Source: Chrysomallon squamiferum (lineage: Eukaryota > Animalia > Mollusca). Taken from it: a stretch of 64,000 nt of DNA. The position numbers were made by a program, and so were the translations under genes. This document shows positions 63,573 through 64,000 of this stretch, in pieces. Position 1 is the first letter of the stretch. The number at the start of each line of letters is the position of its first letter. The notes under the pieces are model-generated. The model was not told where the DNA came from. It searched no databases and saw nothing but the letters and a program-made list of their open reading frames with translations. Location of the stretch: positions 30,938,001 through 31,002,000 of the forward strand of contig CM022679.1 in assembly GCA_012295275.1 (NCBI GenBank), given 5' to 3'.

Positions 63573-63787
63573 ATAATACATGATACAAAAAATAAAATAA
63601 ACACAACGAAGTCTATAGGTTTTTGAGTGTATGTGTATATATGTGTGTGTGTGCGTTCGTGTGTGTGTGTGTGCGTTTGTGTGTGTGTGTGAGTGTGTGT
63701 GTGTGAGAGTTATTACTCACAGTTGTTCCATGAACTATGCCTTGTGGTCCTATATAACAAAAACTTCCAGCAGTCATCTGACCATAC
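55557..63787 (-). CDS. UROC1: Urocanate hydratase, 5'-partial; exons 63787-63721, 63504-63448, 62731-62644, 62137-61986, 61545-61437, 60870-60800, 59973-59876, 59441-59333, 58904-58819, 58259-58189, 57729-57631, 57395-57296, 56979-56898, 56485-56437, 56233-56183, 55703-55557
   Basis: Urocanase motifs YGQMTAGSFCYIGPQGIVHGT, VFVTSGLGGMSGAQAKA, GSDQTSCHNP, FWDYGNAFL, YPSYVQDIMGDIFSLGFGPFRWVCTSG, VVGSQARILY, SRDHHDVSGTDSPFRETSNIYDGS, WVALHNGGGVGWG, WDVNNGVARRSW. One +1 indel at 62664-62665. Confidence 0.96.
58290..58710. repeat. Degenerate ~31-bp intronic tandem repeat (TTCATTTGATAATGTGCTACACA-like)
   Basis: Recurring ATAATGT..TACAC cores in a UROC1 intron. Confidence 0.6.
59966..60280 (-). repeat. 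43-bp minisatellite containing the UROC1 splice acceptor, ~6 near-perfect copies decaying to ~60510
   Basis: GTAAACTGTAAAATACGAATCTTTTTACA core at 59969, 60012, 60055, 60098, 60141 and (variant) 60184. Confidence 0.9.
62717..63375 (-). repeat. 23-bp minisatellite (TGAAGTTACAAACACCTGAAATA) spanning a UROC1 acceptor and decaying across the intron
   Basis: Period measured (62717 to 62740); near-perfect next to the exon and degenerate toward 63375. Confidence 0.9.
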
Positions 63788-64000
63788 CTATAGCAACAAA
63801 GAAATTTATATGTATATACACACACACACACACACACACATACATGTATGTGTATACATATACTGGACATAATAGATGCATAGCATCCGTACAGATAAAA
63901 CGTTTTCAAACGTGTTGTTCTATGTAGAAAAGCAGATATTTATTTTAACTGTTATAATATCTGTAATCAAAAGGAACTGGATTCTGTGAGACTGAGTCTG

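Overview
AT-rich, microsatellite-rich metazoan DNA (probably a lophotrochozoan such as a mollusc; this is inference) with six spliced genes assembled by hand from GT-AG boundaries. These are the 3' part of an effector caspase-3/7-like gene (+), a complete TIMM23 (-), NAF1 (+, head-to-head with TIMM23), a tail-to-tail pair of paralogous Delta/Serrate-like type I membrane proteins, and the 3' part of urocanate hydratase UROC1 (-). The paralogs share signal peptide, C2/MNNL-like head, DSL, EGF stalk, a Cys-free juxtamembrane domain, TM and short tail. They have near-identical heads but very different stalks (41 vs 7 EGF; 39 EGF in one 4.6-kb exon built from six shuffled unit types) and divergent tails with different sorting motifs, a 'paired receptor'-like layout. 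Separately, four clear minisatellites and several decayed ones are seeded at splice sites, giving arrays of decoy donors or acceptors, including about 41 copies of a 52-bp hairpin-forming donor unit. Three small frameshifts, one in housekeeping UROC1, suggest residual indel errors in the assembly.
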